Shown here one piece after another: positions 1 to 15,469 of a stretch of DNA of 64,000 bases. This DNA is from Eledone cirrhosa. Taxonomy: Eukaryota. Positions within the stretch are counted from its first letter, which is position 1, and each line of letters starts with the position of its first letter. The notes under the pieces are model-generated. The model did no database searches. It saw nothing but the letters and a program-made list of their open reading frames with translations, and had not been told where the DNA came from. The stretch lies in contig OZ024763.1 of the NCBI GenBank assembly GCA_964016885.1, positions 14,260,001-14,324,000 on the forward strand, read 5' to 3'. Made by a program: the position numbers and the translations under genes.

Positions 1-686
1 GAAACTAGTGTTTTTGAAAATGTAAAAAAAAAAATCTGTATGAAACTAGTGTTTTTGAAAATGTCAAAAAAAAAATCTGTATGAAACTAGTGTTTTTGAA
101 AATGTAAAAAAAAAATCTGTATGAAACTAGTGTTTTTGAAAATGTCAAAAAAAAATCTATATGAAACTAGTATTTTTGAAAATGTCAAAAAAAAATCTGT
201 ATGAAACTAGTGTTTTTGAAAATGTCAAATAAAAAATCTGTATGAAACTAGTGTTTTTGAAAATGTCAAAAACAAAATCTATATGAAACTAGTGTTTTTG
301 AAAATGTCAAAAACAAAATCTATATGAAACTAGTGTTTTTGAAAATGTCAAAAAAAAAATCTATATGAAACTAGTGTTTTTGAAAATGTCAAAAACAAAA
401 TCTATATGAAACTAGTGTTTTTGAAAATGTCAAAAACAAAATCTATATGAAACTAGTGTTTTTGAAAATGTAAAAAAAAAAATCTATATGAAACTAGTGT
501 TTTTGAAAATGTAAAAAAAAAATCTATATGAAACTAGTGTTTTTCAAAATGTCAAAAAAAAAATGTATGAAACTAGTGTTTTTGAAAATGTCAAAAAAAA
601 ATCTGTATGAAACTAGTGTTTTTGAAAATGTCAAAAAAAAAATCTGTATGAAACTAGTGTTTTTGAAAATGTCAAAAAAAAAATCT
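1..686. repeat. Minisatellite, ~39-41 bp unit GAAACTAGTGTTTTTGAAAATGTCAAAAAAAAAATCTRTAT
   Basis: About 17 tandem copies; runs off the window start. Confidence 0.95.
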
Positions 687-897
687 GATTCACTCTACCT
701 AATGTCCACCACCATTAATTCACTCTACCTAATGTCCACCACCACTGATTCACTCTACCTAATGTCCACCACCACTGATTCACTCTACCTAATGTCCACC
801 ACCACTGATTCACTCTACCCAATGTCCACCACTGGTTCACTCTACCTAATATCCACCACCACTGATTCACTCTACCTAATGTCAACCGCCATTGATT
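686..897. repeat. Minisatellite, 30 bp unit CTGATTCACTCTACCTAATGTCCACCACCA
   Basis: About 7 tandem copies abutting the previous array. Confidence 0.9.
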
Positions 898-1199
898 TAC
901 TCAATCTCTCTCTCATGTGTATATATATATACACATGAGAGAGAGAGATTGTGTGTATATAATGTGGGTTAATATAAAATATATTTCGAAGAATTTCTAC
1001 AGAAAGACAATGTTTACTAATCTGTGAGATATATACATGTTCAAATTTCAAACACTCCCAACAGTTTTATAATTCATAAGGTTTATATATAATATAATAA
1101 AGTTGCCTATACTATACTAATGTATTGAGTACCTTTTTTAACTGTGGTTACCTCCCCTTTCCCCATCCCGATACATTTCGGGGATCTACATATATATAT

Positions 1200-1352
1200 A
1201 TATTTATTAAAATAACAGATTAAAGTTTAAGCAAAGAATCGCTGCTTTCACCCTTAACGGGATCTTCTGAAACTCAGAGTTTCAGAAGATCCCGTTAAGG
1301 GTGAAAGCAGCGATTCTTTGCTTAAACTTTAATCTGTTATTTTAATAAATAT
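1200..1352. mobile_element. Perfect 76-bp-arm palindrome (1-nt loop at 1276), Penelope-like terminal fragment; the + copy continues to ~1443
   Basis: Arms complementary base for base; bounded by (TA)n; contains a hammerhead-like fold. Confidence 0.75.
1277..1329 (+). ncRNA. Type I hammerhead-like motif with U4A core variant (mirror copy 1223-1275 on -)
   Basis: Stem I GAGTTT/AAACTT; core CAGAAGA; stem II CCC-GTTAA-GGG; GAAA-GCA...TGC-T, H17=T1323. Confidence 0.6.
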
Positions 1353-2016
1353 TTGCTCTACGGTTCTTATATATTTGATATATATGTATCCTTATCGATA
1401 TATGTATCCTTTGGATTTTAGTCTTCAAATTTATTATTATTACTATATATATATATATATATATAATGTATGTATATATATATAAAATGTATGTATATAT
1501 CTCACATGTCAGAAATTCATGTAATCAACTATTTAATAAAAAGAAAAATAGGAGGAAAAAATATTAAAAAATTCTCCCACACCCCACCCACCCTGAAAAA
1601 GAAGGAAAGAAAAGCAGAATTTGTATGTAAAGATATTTGACATTTTAAAGAAAAATTTAGTGAGGGTTTTTTGTGAGATGGGGTGGGGTGGTCTAATACG
1701 TTTTGTTGTTGTTGTCTGAGCAGATTATGAGGTATAGCTGTTATACATGTCTTTCTCTACCTCTCTCTCTGTATATACTTAAACATATATATGTATGTCT
1801 ATATATATATACGTATACATATAGTGTGTGTGTGTGTGTGTGTGTGTGTATGCATGTGTATATATATATGCATACATATATGTAATATATATATCATCTA
1901 TCAGTATGTTGATGATGATGATAATAGTGTGAAATAAAATATAGAAAAACACTAAATTGTATTTTACTCTTGTTTATCTTTCCTCACATATTAACCCTTT
2001 TATTACCATATTAACC

Positions 2017-2075
<59 letters not shown>

Positions 2076-2305
2076 GGAGGTGAGTTTTATTGTAGTACAA
2101 TAAAGCAATGCAGATATCATATATATTATATATATATATATACACGCATACACATAATATACAAATGCACACGTACATATATATATATATATATACATAC
2201 ATACACTTAATTAAACACTATTAATTATATACATCATCAGCATCATGGCATGATTTGCACGTGTGTGTATATCTATGCATTTGTTGTATGTATGCATATA
2301 CATGA

Positions 2306-2337
<32 letters not shown>

Positions 2338-2505
2338 ATACATGAATATATATATATATGTGGTGAAAACAAATAAATAGCTGAGTGATCATTATCAATT
2401 TTCCAATCAATCACAATTTAATCAATTTAATTCTTTCATTTAATTAAAATTTCTATTTGACATTTAACGAACGTAAATAAATTTTATCAATACAAACTTT
2501 CAATA

Positions 2506-3260
2506 TCTGTATATATATAAAATTAAGTATGTGTGTGTCTGTGTGTTACCTATAGGGACCTACATCTTACGACCGATTTTTATGAAACTTTACAGGCTCA
2601 TAGATTAGTCATCGGGGAGTGTTTTCTATATATAAGCGTATGATTTTTTTTTTATTCCGGGGTCATTCTGCAGATAAAAATCGATAGGGAGGTCACCTTT
2701 TTTTAGGTATCGAAAAATAAGATTTTTGGCTCTAAGCTTCCACATTTTGCCACCGATTTCGTTCAAATTTTAAAGCAAAATAGAATTTATCATTGCACAT
2801 CCTGTAATGGCTTTATATTTTGCATTTGTTGTTCAGGGACAGCGTGGCAGCCACTTAAATATTCAAAAATACCACTTTTAGACTCAAATTTCCACTTTTT
2901 CGACTCTAGCTCCTACATTAATCAACCTACGTTGTTCAAATTTTACACTACGCTAGATCTGATTATTTCACGTCTTAAATTTTGGATGTTTTGTTCAGGA
3001 AAGGCGTGGCAGCCGCTTAAATATTCTAAAATACCACCTTTTCGGCTCTAGCTCCCATATTTTTCAACCGATTTCGTTCAAATTCGAAACTTCGGCTCCA
3101 CCTCACACATGAATAAATTTAGTTGGTTCAACTTTTATATTACGATAGAACCTATCATTGCAAATCTTAAAGTAGCTTTACACTTTGCATTTTTTGTTCA
3201 GGGACGGCGACATATCATTAGCTCCCACATTTTTCAACCGATTTCGTTCAAATTCGTGTA
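2506..3260 (+). mobile_element. Non-autonomous Helitron-like element (5' part, with internal sub-repeats)
   Basis: A|TC-TGTATATATATAAAA start, (GT)n, internal repeats of 'ccgatttcgttcaaatt' and 'tgttcaggg..gcgtggcagcc'; 3' end not resolved. Confidence 0.45.
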
Positions 3261-3559
3261 TTTATATATATATATAATGTATAGACGTGAGTGCGTAGAA
3301 AAATGTCCAAGTAGCCACCAAACGAGCCTCCCTCCATCACCAGTTGCCATGGAGATGTTGAGGTGAGTTCCCACCAGAGGGAGTTGGTGTCCTCTTGCTG
3401 TTGGGTCATAACATTATCCCTCCCTACTCCCCATGGCCACACACAGACATGCATTTACACACACACATATAACATGTATATATATATATGTACGTATATA
3501 TATATGTATATATATATACATGTATATATATATACATGTATATATAATATATATACACA

Positions 3560-3845
3560 CACACCACACAGTAAGACAGTATATATACACACAGTAAGAC
3601 AGTATATATATACACACCCACACCACACAGTAAATATGTATACACACAGTAAGACAGTAAATATACACACACACACACCACACAGTAAGACAGTATATAT
3701 ACACACACACCACACAGTAAGACAGTAAATATATATACACACACACACCACACAGTAAGACAGTATATATATATACACACACACACCACACAGTAAGACA
3801 GTAAATATACACACACACACCACACAGTAAGACAGTAAATATATA
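3560..3845. repeat. Tandem repeat CACACAGTAAGACAGTA(A)ATATA(CA)n
   Basis: About 9 copies. Confidence 0.85.
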
Positions 3846-4119
3846 TCATCATCATCATCAACCTTTGACTCCTCTGTGGGCAGTCGGAACTCTCTTGACA
3901 ATCCCTTTCCACACTGTTCAGTCCTGCATTGCTGTCCCCTTATGTCCCCTTATGTCCAGCCCTGAGTGCCGAGCTATGGTGTCTGGGAAAGTCAGTTTTT
4001 GTGAATAGACACATCGAGAGGGATGCCACAGGAGAGATGAAATGATTTCTTTGTCGGCTCGATGATAGTGACCAGCAAACTGTACTAGAGAGCGCAGAGA
4101 GCCACCAAAAACATTAGTG

Positions 4120-4460
4120 GTCCCAAGACTGTGTCCTGGGGCACCCCACTTGTTATTGATGTTTCATTTGAGAGCGCCTCATTGGCTGCAACTGTCTTTT
4201 AAGAAATCATGCAGCCACTCACCTACTTTTCCAGTTATGCTGAGTCTATGTAGTTTGTGGTCGACCTTGTCAAGGGCCTTCACAAAGTCAAGATATATCA
4301 TGTCCACATGTGAGCTGTCCAGCAGTTGTTTCAGTACCCAGTCATAGTGTTGTGTAAGGCAGCTTCTTTCTGGGCGAAAGCCATGTTGCGTGTTAGTTAG
4401 GCAATCATTTTCCTTGATCAGTTTCTTTCTGATGATTTGTTGCACGTGAAAGGAGAGTAA
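4120..4460 (-). mobile_element. CR1/L2-type LINE reverse-transcriptase fragment
   Basis: Translation QHGFRPERSCLTQ...VDMIYLDFVKALDKVDH is a non-LTR RT motif. Confidence 0.85.
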
Positions 4461-5488
4461 GATTTGCTGGCCACTGCCACCCATGAGGCTGTGTCCCCAT
4501 TAGTGCTTTGGAAACCACAAGCAGTCAATAATAACAGGGGGCACAAACTCTCCTATCCCGATGTCATCTCAAGAGATTCTGGTATTGAAATCAAGGACTT
4601 GGCAACAGTAATGAACGACAGACTCACGTGGAAATCAATTGTTGAGTCCATTTTGGCTGAGACCGCCAGATGATGAAATGTTACTATGGAAAAGAATCAT
4701 TGAAGCGTACCTGTGTAAACGATGCAAGGTAGACAAGGAATAAGAAACACTGAGACATGGGGTGGTTTTCTTAGAAGATACATTTATTTTGCATTAGCCA
4801 CTTTTGAAATATAACAAAAAATGTTACTGAAAAACCAGCTTTTCTCAATCAATACTATATAAGACCAAAATACAGGAAAATATGCACTTGTGTGTGTTTA
4901 TACAGATTTAAAAAAAATTATGTATATATATTTAACATATATTGGGTCAAGTATGAAATTTGTAGAAATTTGTTTTTTTTCTACAAATTTCATACGTGAC
5001 GACCCAATATGTTTTTTAATAAATATATATATATATGTATATATATATAAATTTATTTTAAAAAAAAAATAAATATATATATATTTAAAAAAATATATAT
5101 ATATATTTAATATATATATATGGAAGTACACATATATATTTATACACAATTCTAGTGTACATTTTATGTGTATGTGTTTGTATGAGTATATATATATATA
5201 TAGATGTTGGTGTATTGTATGTGAACCCACACTAACATGCATTTCACTAAAATATCTAATATAAATTCATTTTAACATTACAACCAAGCACCAGAATATG
5301 TGTATACACAATGAACATACACCTGTATACATACACACATGTATATATATATATTGTATATATATATATAAATAAATATAAATATATATATATTATATAT
5401 ATAAATATATATATATTATATATATAAATATATATATATAATATGTAATATATATATATTATATATATATATATAAATATATATATAT

Positions 5489-5535
<47 letters not shown>

Positions 5536-5664
5536 AATATATATATATAATATATATATATATATATTTATATATATAATATATATATATATTATATATA
5601 TAAATATATATATATAATATGTAATATATATATATTATATATATATATAAATATATATATATTC

Positions 5665-5730
<66 letters not shown>

Positions 5731-6176
5731 AATATATATATATAATATGTAATATATATATATTATATATATAAATAAATATAAGTATATATATATATAA
5801 ATATAAATATATATATATAAATAAATGTAAATATATATATATATTATATATAAATAAATATATATATATTATATAAATAAATATATATATATATATATAT
5901 TATATAAATAAATATATATATATTATATAAATAAATATATATATATATATATATTATATAAATAAATATAAATATATATATATTATATATATGTATAAGT
6001 TATATTTAATTTGTTGGGATTCCAACAAACTTAAAAGTATATATTTGTATATATTATATATATATATATATACACACACCAACTGCCAATCATAGTTTGC
6101 TAATCTAATATGGAAATGTCAAATCATGACAAAGCACTAATAATTACATCCACATTATGTATGTATATATATACAT

Positions 6177-6237
6177 ACATGAGTTCAGAAATAGTAGTCG
6201 AAACGGCTTGAGCTCTGCCGTCGGGGTTAAACTTTTT

Positions 6238-6240
<3 letters not shown>
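6177..6240 (+). ncRNA. 5'-truncated hammerhead remnant between (TA)n tracts
   Basis: (ctg)ATGA...TC-GAAACGGC-ttgagctct-GCCGTC: 5-bp stem III with GUC site; core start and stem I 5' strand missing. Confidence 0.55.
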
Positions 6241-6281
<41 letters not shown>

Positions 6282-7409
6282 TATACTTACACAATATATA
6301 TACATACATATATGTATACATATATATATACATACATATATGTATACATATATATACATACATATATGTATACATATATATATACATACATACATACATG
6401 TATACATAAATATATACATACATATATGTATACATATATATACATACATACATACATGTATACATAAATATATACATACATACATATATGTATACATATA
6501 TATATATACATACATACATGTATACATATATATATACATACATACATATATGTATACATATATATATACATACATACATGTATACATAAATATATACATA
6601 TATGTATACATATATATATATATACATACATATATACATAAATATATACATACATACATATATGTATACATATATATATATACATACATACATGTATACA
6701 TAAATATATACATACATACATATATGTATACATATATATATATACATACATACATGTATACATAAATATATACATACATACATATATACATACATACATA
6801 TATATATATACATACATATATACATAAATATATACATACATACATATATGTATACATATATATATACATACATACATATATATACATACATATATACATC
6901 CATACATATATATACATCCATACATATACATACATATATATATACATACATATATACATCCATACATACATATATACATCCATACATATACATACATACA
7001 TATATATTCCTGCGATGATTTTTTTTTGTTCATTAGATTAAGGCTTACAATACTCATATGTTCAGTTTCACAGAAGACATTTTGACCTGGTTCACATGAG
7101 TAAATGAACCAAGACACACCTATTCACATGTACAGTCAGATATAAATATATATTTATATATGAAATGATAGAATGCTGACCTTGAATCATTAGAAATGAC
7201 AATAGCATAAGGAAATGCGGTGACTTCTTTCTTCTGTCCCTTAGGAAGTTTAACCTGATTTATTAATGCTACTATCATTTTTAGGGATTCTCTGACAATA
7301 TATCAACATTTCAAATTTCTAATCATCCAAACACGTCAATAAATCATAAGATTTATATATTTATACCTACATACATATAAACATATATATATATATATAT
7401 ATACATATA

Positions 7410-7462
<53 letters not shown>

Positions 7463-7534
7463 ACATATATACATATAAATGTATGTACACTTGCGCCATA
7501 TATATACAAACACTAGCATATATATATATATATT

Positions 7535-7584
<50 letters not shown>

Positions 7585-7729
7585 TATATATACCCATATT
7601 TATATACATATATATATGAATATATATACCCATATTTATATACATATATATATGAATATATATACCCATATTTATATACATATATATACACACATATATA
7701 TATATATATTTTATATACATATATATATA

Positions 7730-7761
<32 letters not shown>

Positions 7762-8309
7762 CAAATATATATTCATATATATATATACACACGCACAAGC
7801 ATATTCATATAAATATATATCTGTCTCTTGCTATATATATATATACTAATAACCACACACGCACAGAGCCAACCATAAATTTATTTTATACACTACAGCC
7901 CAAATGAATTTATAAAACGGATTAGCATCAAAGGTAAAAAAAATCCTTTCTCCCAATAAATAGAAGAAAAATACAACACAAACCCGAATAAATAAAACTT
8001 CAAAATAATACAAGCAGTAACTAGCAAATTTATAACCGTTGGTACTCAAGTCTTTTGTAGCTACTAAACCCTTGTCTTGGTTACATATTTTAATTTAATA
8101 TTGATGTTTTTTTTTCTTTTTCTTTTTGCTTATTTGGTTGGTTGGGGAGGGGGACGGGGTAGTAATATGATGAATACATGTAAGAAATATTCTCCCTATG
8201 CTGCAGCAGGCACTCTATTGGTGATGCTGTGCACATCAAATGTTGCTGCAGTCCCTTTGAAATGTTACCAACATCCCACAAATCAAAGTATTTTCATGCA
8301 GTTGCTTTG

Positions 8310-8772
8310 AAATATCGCCTAAAGGTTTCTTTACAATTTACTTCATGGCTGCTTTGCAACGTTGCCTAAAGGTTGCCTCACGGCTGCTTTATAATATCGC
8401 CTAAAGGTAGCTTTACAATGTTGCCTAAAGGTTGCCTCAAAGTTGCTTTATAATATCGCCTAAAGGTAGCTTTACAATGTTGCCTAAAGGTTGCCTCAAA
8501 GTTGCTTTACAATATTGCATAAAGGTAGCTTTACAATGTTGCCTCACAGCTGCTTTGCAATGTTGCCTAAAGGCTGCCTCACAGCTGCTTTACAATGTTG
8601 CCTAAAGGCTGCCTCACAGCTGCTTTACAATGTTGCCTAAAGGCTGCCTCACAGCTGCTTTACAATGTTGCCTAAAGGCTGCCTCACAGCTGCTTTACAA
8701 TGTTGCCTAAAGGCTGCCTCACAGCTGCTTTGCAATGTTGCCTAAAGGCTGCCTCACAGCTGCTTTACAATG
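8310..8772. repeat. Minisatellite, ~38 bp unit CAATGTTGCCTAAAGGCTGCCTCACAGCTGCTTTA
   Basis: Tandem copies visible. Confidence 0.9.
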
Positions 8773-9759
8773 TCACTTTCAGAAGCTTTGAAAAATATTG
8801 TCACACACAATGAAAAATATTGCCATGATGTAAATTTGAAGTTTAAAATATTATTGCTCAAAGCATTAAAAGATCCATTCAGCGGTTGGGAAAAATTAGA
8901 GGTTGGTGTTGATCTGTAGTGGGATCAGGGATTAGCATTGGTACTAGGGTCAGACATTTTGGTAGATTATTGTGTAGGCTTCGTCCTCAGCTCACACATT
9001 TCAGTAGATTGTCGCTTAGGCACTGGCACAAAGCTCACACATTTTGGTAGGTTGTTGAGCTAGTACTAGGCTCACAAATTTTGGCAAGGTGTGTTGGGAC
9101 TGGCTGGACACATGGGAGATAGTTGAATAAATGAAGGTGACATGTGTCCTTCTATCGAGCACTTCATTCTATCGCTACTCACACATCTGCTCCATTTTCA
9201 AAAGGATTCAAAGAATGTAAAGCTGACATCTGAATATGATTATGCCATGTTGTTGTTATAATGATAAGGTCCTATCATGAAAAGATTTCAACTCTGGACT
9301 TGAATGCTGTAGTAAAGGGAGATGAAATATCTTGCTCAAGAACACAGCATGCTACTCAGTCCAGGAATATTATAGTATACTATGGTATGATATAGTATAA
9401 GGGACATAAACTCTGCCTAGTATTTTGACCAAACACTGTTCTAGTCATATTAATAATTTCTGTAATGACAAACAAAGAGATGACCAAGATTTCTCAGATA
9501 GGTACAAGGCTGGAGATGTTTTATATGAGTCAACAAGGAAATCATCTATTACTGGTATCCACATCTTATGGTATTCCACCCATCCACTGCTCCACAATGA
9601 TGAAAAGGCAGACCCGACCTAGGCAGGATTTGAAACCAGATCCTGTAGAGAATATATATAAATGTCATGTGTTTCGTCTTGCACACTCAGCTAAACAATG
9701 GCTATGATATAATTCATGCACATACGGAAAATAGACTATATATATATATATATACACAT

Positions 9760-9949
<190 letters not shown>

Positions 9950-9986
9950 ATATATATATATATATTAGATATATATATATATATAT

Positions 9987-10019
<33 letters not shown>

Positions 10020-10038
10020 ATATATATATATATATTAG

Positions 10039-10070
<32 letters not shown>

Positions 10071-10477
10071 TAGATATATACATATATATTATATACATAT
10101 ACATATATATTATATACATATATAATATATACATATATATTATATACATATATATTATATACATATATATTATATACATATATATTATATACATATATAT
10201 TATATACATATATATTATATACATATATATTATATACATATATAATATATACATATATATTATATACATATATAATATATACATATATATTATATACATA
10301 TATATTATATACATATATATTATATACATATATATTATATATACATATATATTATATATACATATATATTATATATACATATATATTATATACATATATA
10401 TTATATATATATATATTATATATATATATTATATATATATATATTATATATATATTATATATATATTATATATATAT

Positions 10478-10510
<33 letters not shown>

Positions 10511-10532
10511 ATATATATATATATATGTATTA

Positions 10533-10565
<33 letters not shown>

Positions 10566-10569
10566 CTGT

Positions 10570-10735
10570 ATGTAGTTGATGGCTGAGAGAAAAGAGTACT
10601 CAACACTGAAGTGGAGTTTAAATATTCATTTTATTAAGGCTAAATGGTGAGTCTTGTTACTCTGGAGTTTTGTCTGCTTATCTCAGGGTCATCAGACATG
10701 AAGTCCAGAGTAATAAGACTCATTATTTAGCCCTA
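10570..10735 (-). mobile_element. Decayed Penelope-like foldback with degenerate hammerhead (core on - at 10695-10689)
   Basis: TGT-CTGATGA...cAAAAC-tccaga-GTA-ACA; inverted arm 10704-10732; next to (TA)n. Confidence 0.55.
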
Positions 10736-12118
10736 GCAAACTATGTGTGTGTATATATATATATATATATTTATATATACACACAAAACATATACATATA
10801 TATATACATGTACATATCTACATATATTATACATGTATATATATACATACATACATATATACATACAGCTTGCAAACTTTTTTTTTTGTTTTTTTTGTCT
10901 GTATATATATATATATTTATATATACACACAAAACATACATATATATACATGTACATATCTACATATATTATACATGTATATATATATATACATACATAC
11001 ATACATATATACATACAGCTTGCAATCTTTTTTTTTTGTTTACCTATTAGCTCTTATTTGTTTTGCACCCCCCCCCCCAAAGGTGGGTTATACCTCTGAC
11101 AAAAACCCTCACAAAACCAAAACCAAAACCAAAACCAAAACCATAAAATAAAACAAAAAGCAACATGACCATCAGGTATCGACTGTTAACATTCTGGGGT
11201 CTCATCAGTGTGATTAAAGCAAATGTCACATTACCTGGTCCCCGTAAACTTCCCCCCTATCCCAATGTTAGATCTGAAAATGTCATCATACTGCTGCCAA
11301 CCACAAGAAGAAACCTTTCTTATTGAAACTTGGCAATGGCTCTATGAAACAAAACCACCCATTTACCCATTTTAAAGGGTTCATATTCAAGTAAAAACAC
11401 TTTCAACATATGTTAAGTTACTATATAGTAATGAAATGATTAATAATTTTAAAAAAAAAAAAAATCTCTCAAAATTCTTTATTAATTAAATGAAACGAGG
11501 GCATTTTATTGGAAATATGGTAAGTGTTAAATATTTCCCAGTATATTCTATTGGACCTCAAAATTTATTTTACAGCCAAATTTTGTTTACATAAAGAAAA
11601 AGAAAAAGAAGCATTTTGACTAGACACAAACAAATACAAATTTGATGATCAGTAAATTTTGAGGTGTGTGTGTGTGTGTGTGTGTGTGTGATTAAATAGA
11701 CAGTTCCCTGCCATACACCACACCATTGCTTATGTCGTAGCACTTGTGTTTGGAGAGGACCCCTGTAGAAATATGAGACAATAACCTCCTGGAAATAAAA
11801 ACTAAAAATATATAAGGAGAATGAAAGGGTAGAAATTGGAATACAGAGAGTGCTGTCTTTTGTAAGGCAGGGGAGTACTTCAGTGTTGCCCCCCGGGAGC
11901 CCTAAAGCATTGCTTTGCCTGAAGATCTACTCTAGGGCACTTAAGACAGCCCCGAATATAGACAGCATTTTCAATCAGATTAGTGCATACATAGGGACTT
12001 CATTACAGACCCACTGGCTCAATACTAGTAGACACTGTATAAATCACACACACACACACACATACATATATATATGTATACATATATATATATACATATA
12101 CATGTATATATATATATG

Positions 12119-12157
<39 letters not shown>

Positions 12158-12379
12158 TTATAAAATATACATAAATATATAGTATATGTATATATTATAT
12201 ATATATAGTATATGTATATATTATATATATATTATATTTATATAATATAATATATAATATATAATATATATATATATACATTCATACCCATAAATATACA
12301 TATTCATAAATATATATACAAGATATATATATCTATTTTATATGAATAAATCAATTCTAGTTCTGTATCTGTATGCAGC

Positions 12380-12660
12380 AATGATTATTACAAAGATCAA
12401 ATGTTCATTTTATTCAAAATCTGCCATAATACGTATTTCTATGGTGTTCATGATTACGAAATCATCACGCAACCAACAAGATTTCATGAGGTAGCCTCTT
12501 AAATAATTCTAATTACTTAAGATGTTGTCTGATGATGTGGTGGTGGTGATTGTGTGATGGCAGTATTATGTAATTACTAATGCCACAGAAATACGTACTA
12601 CGGCAGAATTAAAAGAGATGGATTATGAATATGTACACATGGTCTTTGCAATTATCATTA
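12380..12660 (+). mobile_element. Old imperfect foldback with hammerhead motif (CTGATGA at 12529, GAAA at 12588)
   Basis: Stem II TGTGG/CCACA; palindromic stem III TACGTA; U16.1 mutated to C in the + copy but T in the inverted arm. Confidence 0.55.
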
Positions 12661-12952
12661 TTGTACGTACACGCTGTCATGGACTACCAAATTGGATTTG
12701 GAAGTATACCCATGACGTTGAGTGCTTGATACTAATTACACCATTATTTACTGATTAAGAGTGTTACATACGCAACCCTGGTTGTCAACATTTTATAACC
12801 CTAAATACCTATATTATACACATTATATATACATATTTATATTATATATCTATACATTCATACACATAAATATACATATTTATATTATATATCTATACAT
12901 TCATACACATAAATATACATATTTATACACATAAATATATGCATACATACAT

Positions 12953-13003
<51 letters not shown>

Positions 13004-13189
13004 TACATACATATATATAGTTTACAAAAATAAAATATGAAATAAATATAACACATGTCTTCATAAAATAATTTAAGAAATGAAATGAGGTAGGTTACTT
13101 GCAGGAGTGCCAGGTGTATGATATATATATGTGTGTGTGTGTATGTATATATATATATATATATGTATATGTATGTGTATAATTGTTTT

Positions 13190-13362
13190 TACTTTTGGCA
13201 CAAGGCCAGCAATTATCCCAGTGCATTACTGGTACTTTATTTTATCGACCCCAAAAGGATGAAAGGCAAAGTTGACCTCGACGGGATTTAAACTCAGACG
13301 GTAAAGGGACGTAACTCTATGCTGCAAAGCATGGTGTCCGCCCCTCTACCGACACTGCCAAT
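13190..13362 (-). mobile_element. tRNA-derived SINE family A (tail GGCCTTGTGCCAAAAGTAGAAAC)
   Basis: Near-identical copies at 14205-14497, 14520-14730, 30480-30662, 34495-34885, 46900-47077, 60814-60990; B-box-like GAGTTCAAATCC. Confidence 0.85.
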
Positions 13363-14204
13363 TCATCGATATAATAAGCAGTGATTAGGTATTGATAGTA
13401 TACATTTGTGGTGCATTTGTATGTATACACACCCATAATTGTATATATATATACTTACACATATACATACACACCCATAATTGTATATATATATGTATGC
13501 GTATTGTTTTGTATTTAATATACAGTAAATAAGTAAAAATGCATGTGACCAGTGTCCTAAATATAGATTGTACTGCAAATATAAAAAAATGTATATATTA
13601 TATATATTTACTGGCCCTGTGAATGCAGTACACGTAATCTATGATGATTTCCCTATCATATTTCTAATAAGGAACAAAGGTCCTATTATTTCCAATTAAT
13701 TTTGAAAATAATTAAGAATCTTAAGCTGGTGTTTGGGACGTAACTTAACAAAGGTTCTTGCATAAAAATTATGATGGAAGGTTTTTAGATAAATATAAAC
13801 ACTTTAATAACCCTTACAATATTTCAATTAGGAAACACTACCTATGACTTTCAAATAATTCTGAAAATATTCAAGAATCTAAAAGGTTTTAGTAATATAG
13901 CTGAATCTCTCATTATTGAAGTGGTGTTTGGAACATAACTTAACAAAGGTTCTTGCATAAAATTATGATGGAAACTTTTAAAATGAACATAACAGTTATA
14001 TATTGTGAAAACAGGAGCAGTTTCAGGTAATAAGGTTAACTGCAGGGTTAAAATAGGGTAATATGGAAGGGGAAAATTCAGTGTTTTGGTAACCTGCAGT
14101 GCAAGGTTCAAATAAAACCATAGAAACAGAATTTTTCTGATCTCTTTAGTATTTTTTTTTTAAGTTAAAAAAAAAAAAAAATCTCTCATGCTAATAATTA
14201 GTAT

Positions 14205-14730
14205 CAGATCGTAAAGGGCCGTAACTCTATGCTGGAAAGCATGGCGTCCGACCCTCTACCGATACTGTCAATCCACCGCCCTCTCATGCTAATAATGATA
14301 ACTGTTTCTACTTTTGGCACAAGGCCAGCAATTATCCCAGTGCATTACTGGTACTTTATTTTATCGACCCCCCCCCCCCCCCCCCCCGCAAGGATGAAAG
14401 GCAAAGTTAACCTCGACGGGATTTGAACTCAGACTGTAAAGGGTCGTAACTCTATGCTTGCAAAGCATGGCGTCCGACCCTCTACTGATACTGCCAAAAT
14501 AATAATAATAATAATAATGATGATTTCTAGTATAGATACAAGGACTGTAATTTGGGAGGGGGGGGGGGGAGTCGATTAAATTGACCCCAGTGTATTACTG
14601 GTACTTTATTTTATCGACCCCCCCCCCCCCCCCCCCCCGTAAGGATGAAAGGCAAAGTTAACCTCGGCGGGATTTGAATTCAAACCGTAAAGGGGCGTAG
14701 CTCTATGCAGGAAAACATGGCGTCCGACCC
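14205..14730 (-). mobile_element. Cluster of SINE family A copies
   Basis: Two to three adjacent copies, with poly-C expansions. Confidence 0.85.
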
Positions 14731-15052
14731 TCAGATAAGAGTAATAAAATCTTGAGAAAAATGCTTTTTAGACTAGATGATCAAACAGGAAGTGGATGAA
14801 GTCCGCAGTGAATACACCCCCCACCCCCACCCCCTTTGTCTCCCTCTCAATGAGACTGGTATATAAAATACTATAATACTTGTTTTTGTTTATACACCCT
14901 AGTGTGTATAACCACACACACACACTATATATATACACACATACATACATACATATATATATATATACATATATATGTGTGTGTGTGTGTATATATACAT
15001 ATATATATATATGTGCATACATACATACTCGCACACATATATATTCATACAT

Positions 15053-15092
<40 letters not shown>

Positions 15093-15133
15093 CATTTATA
15101 CATATATGTACATATATATATATGTGCATACAT

Positions 15134-15171
<38 letters not shown>

Positions 15172-15299
15172 CATACATACATACTCGCACACATATATAT
15201 ACATACATACAATATATATATATATACATTTATACATATATGTACATATATATATATATGTGCATACATACATACTCGCACACATATATATGCATACAT

Positions 15300-15367
<68 letters not shown>

Positions 15368-15414
15368 TGTACATATATATATATGTGCATACATACATAC
15401 TCGCATACATACAT

Positions 15415-15469
<55 letters not shown>

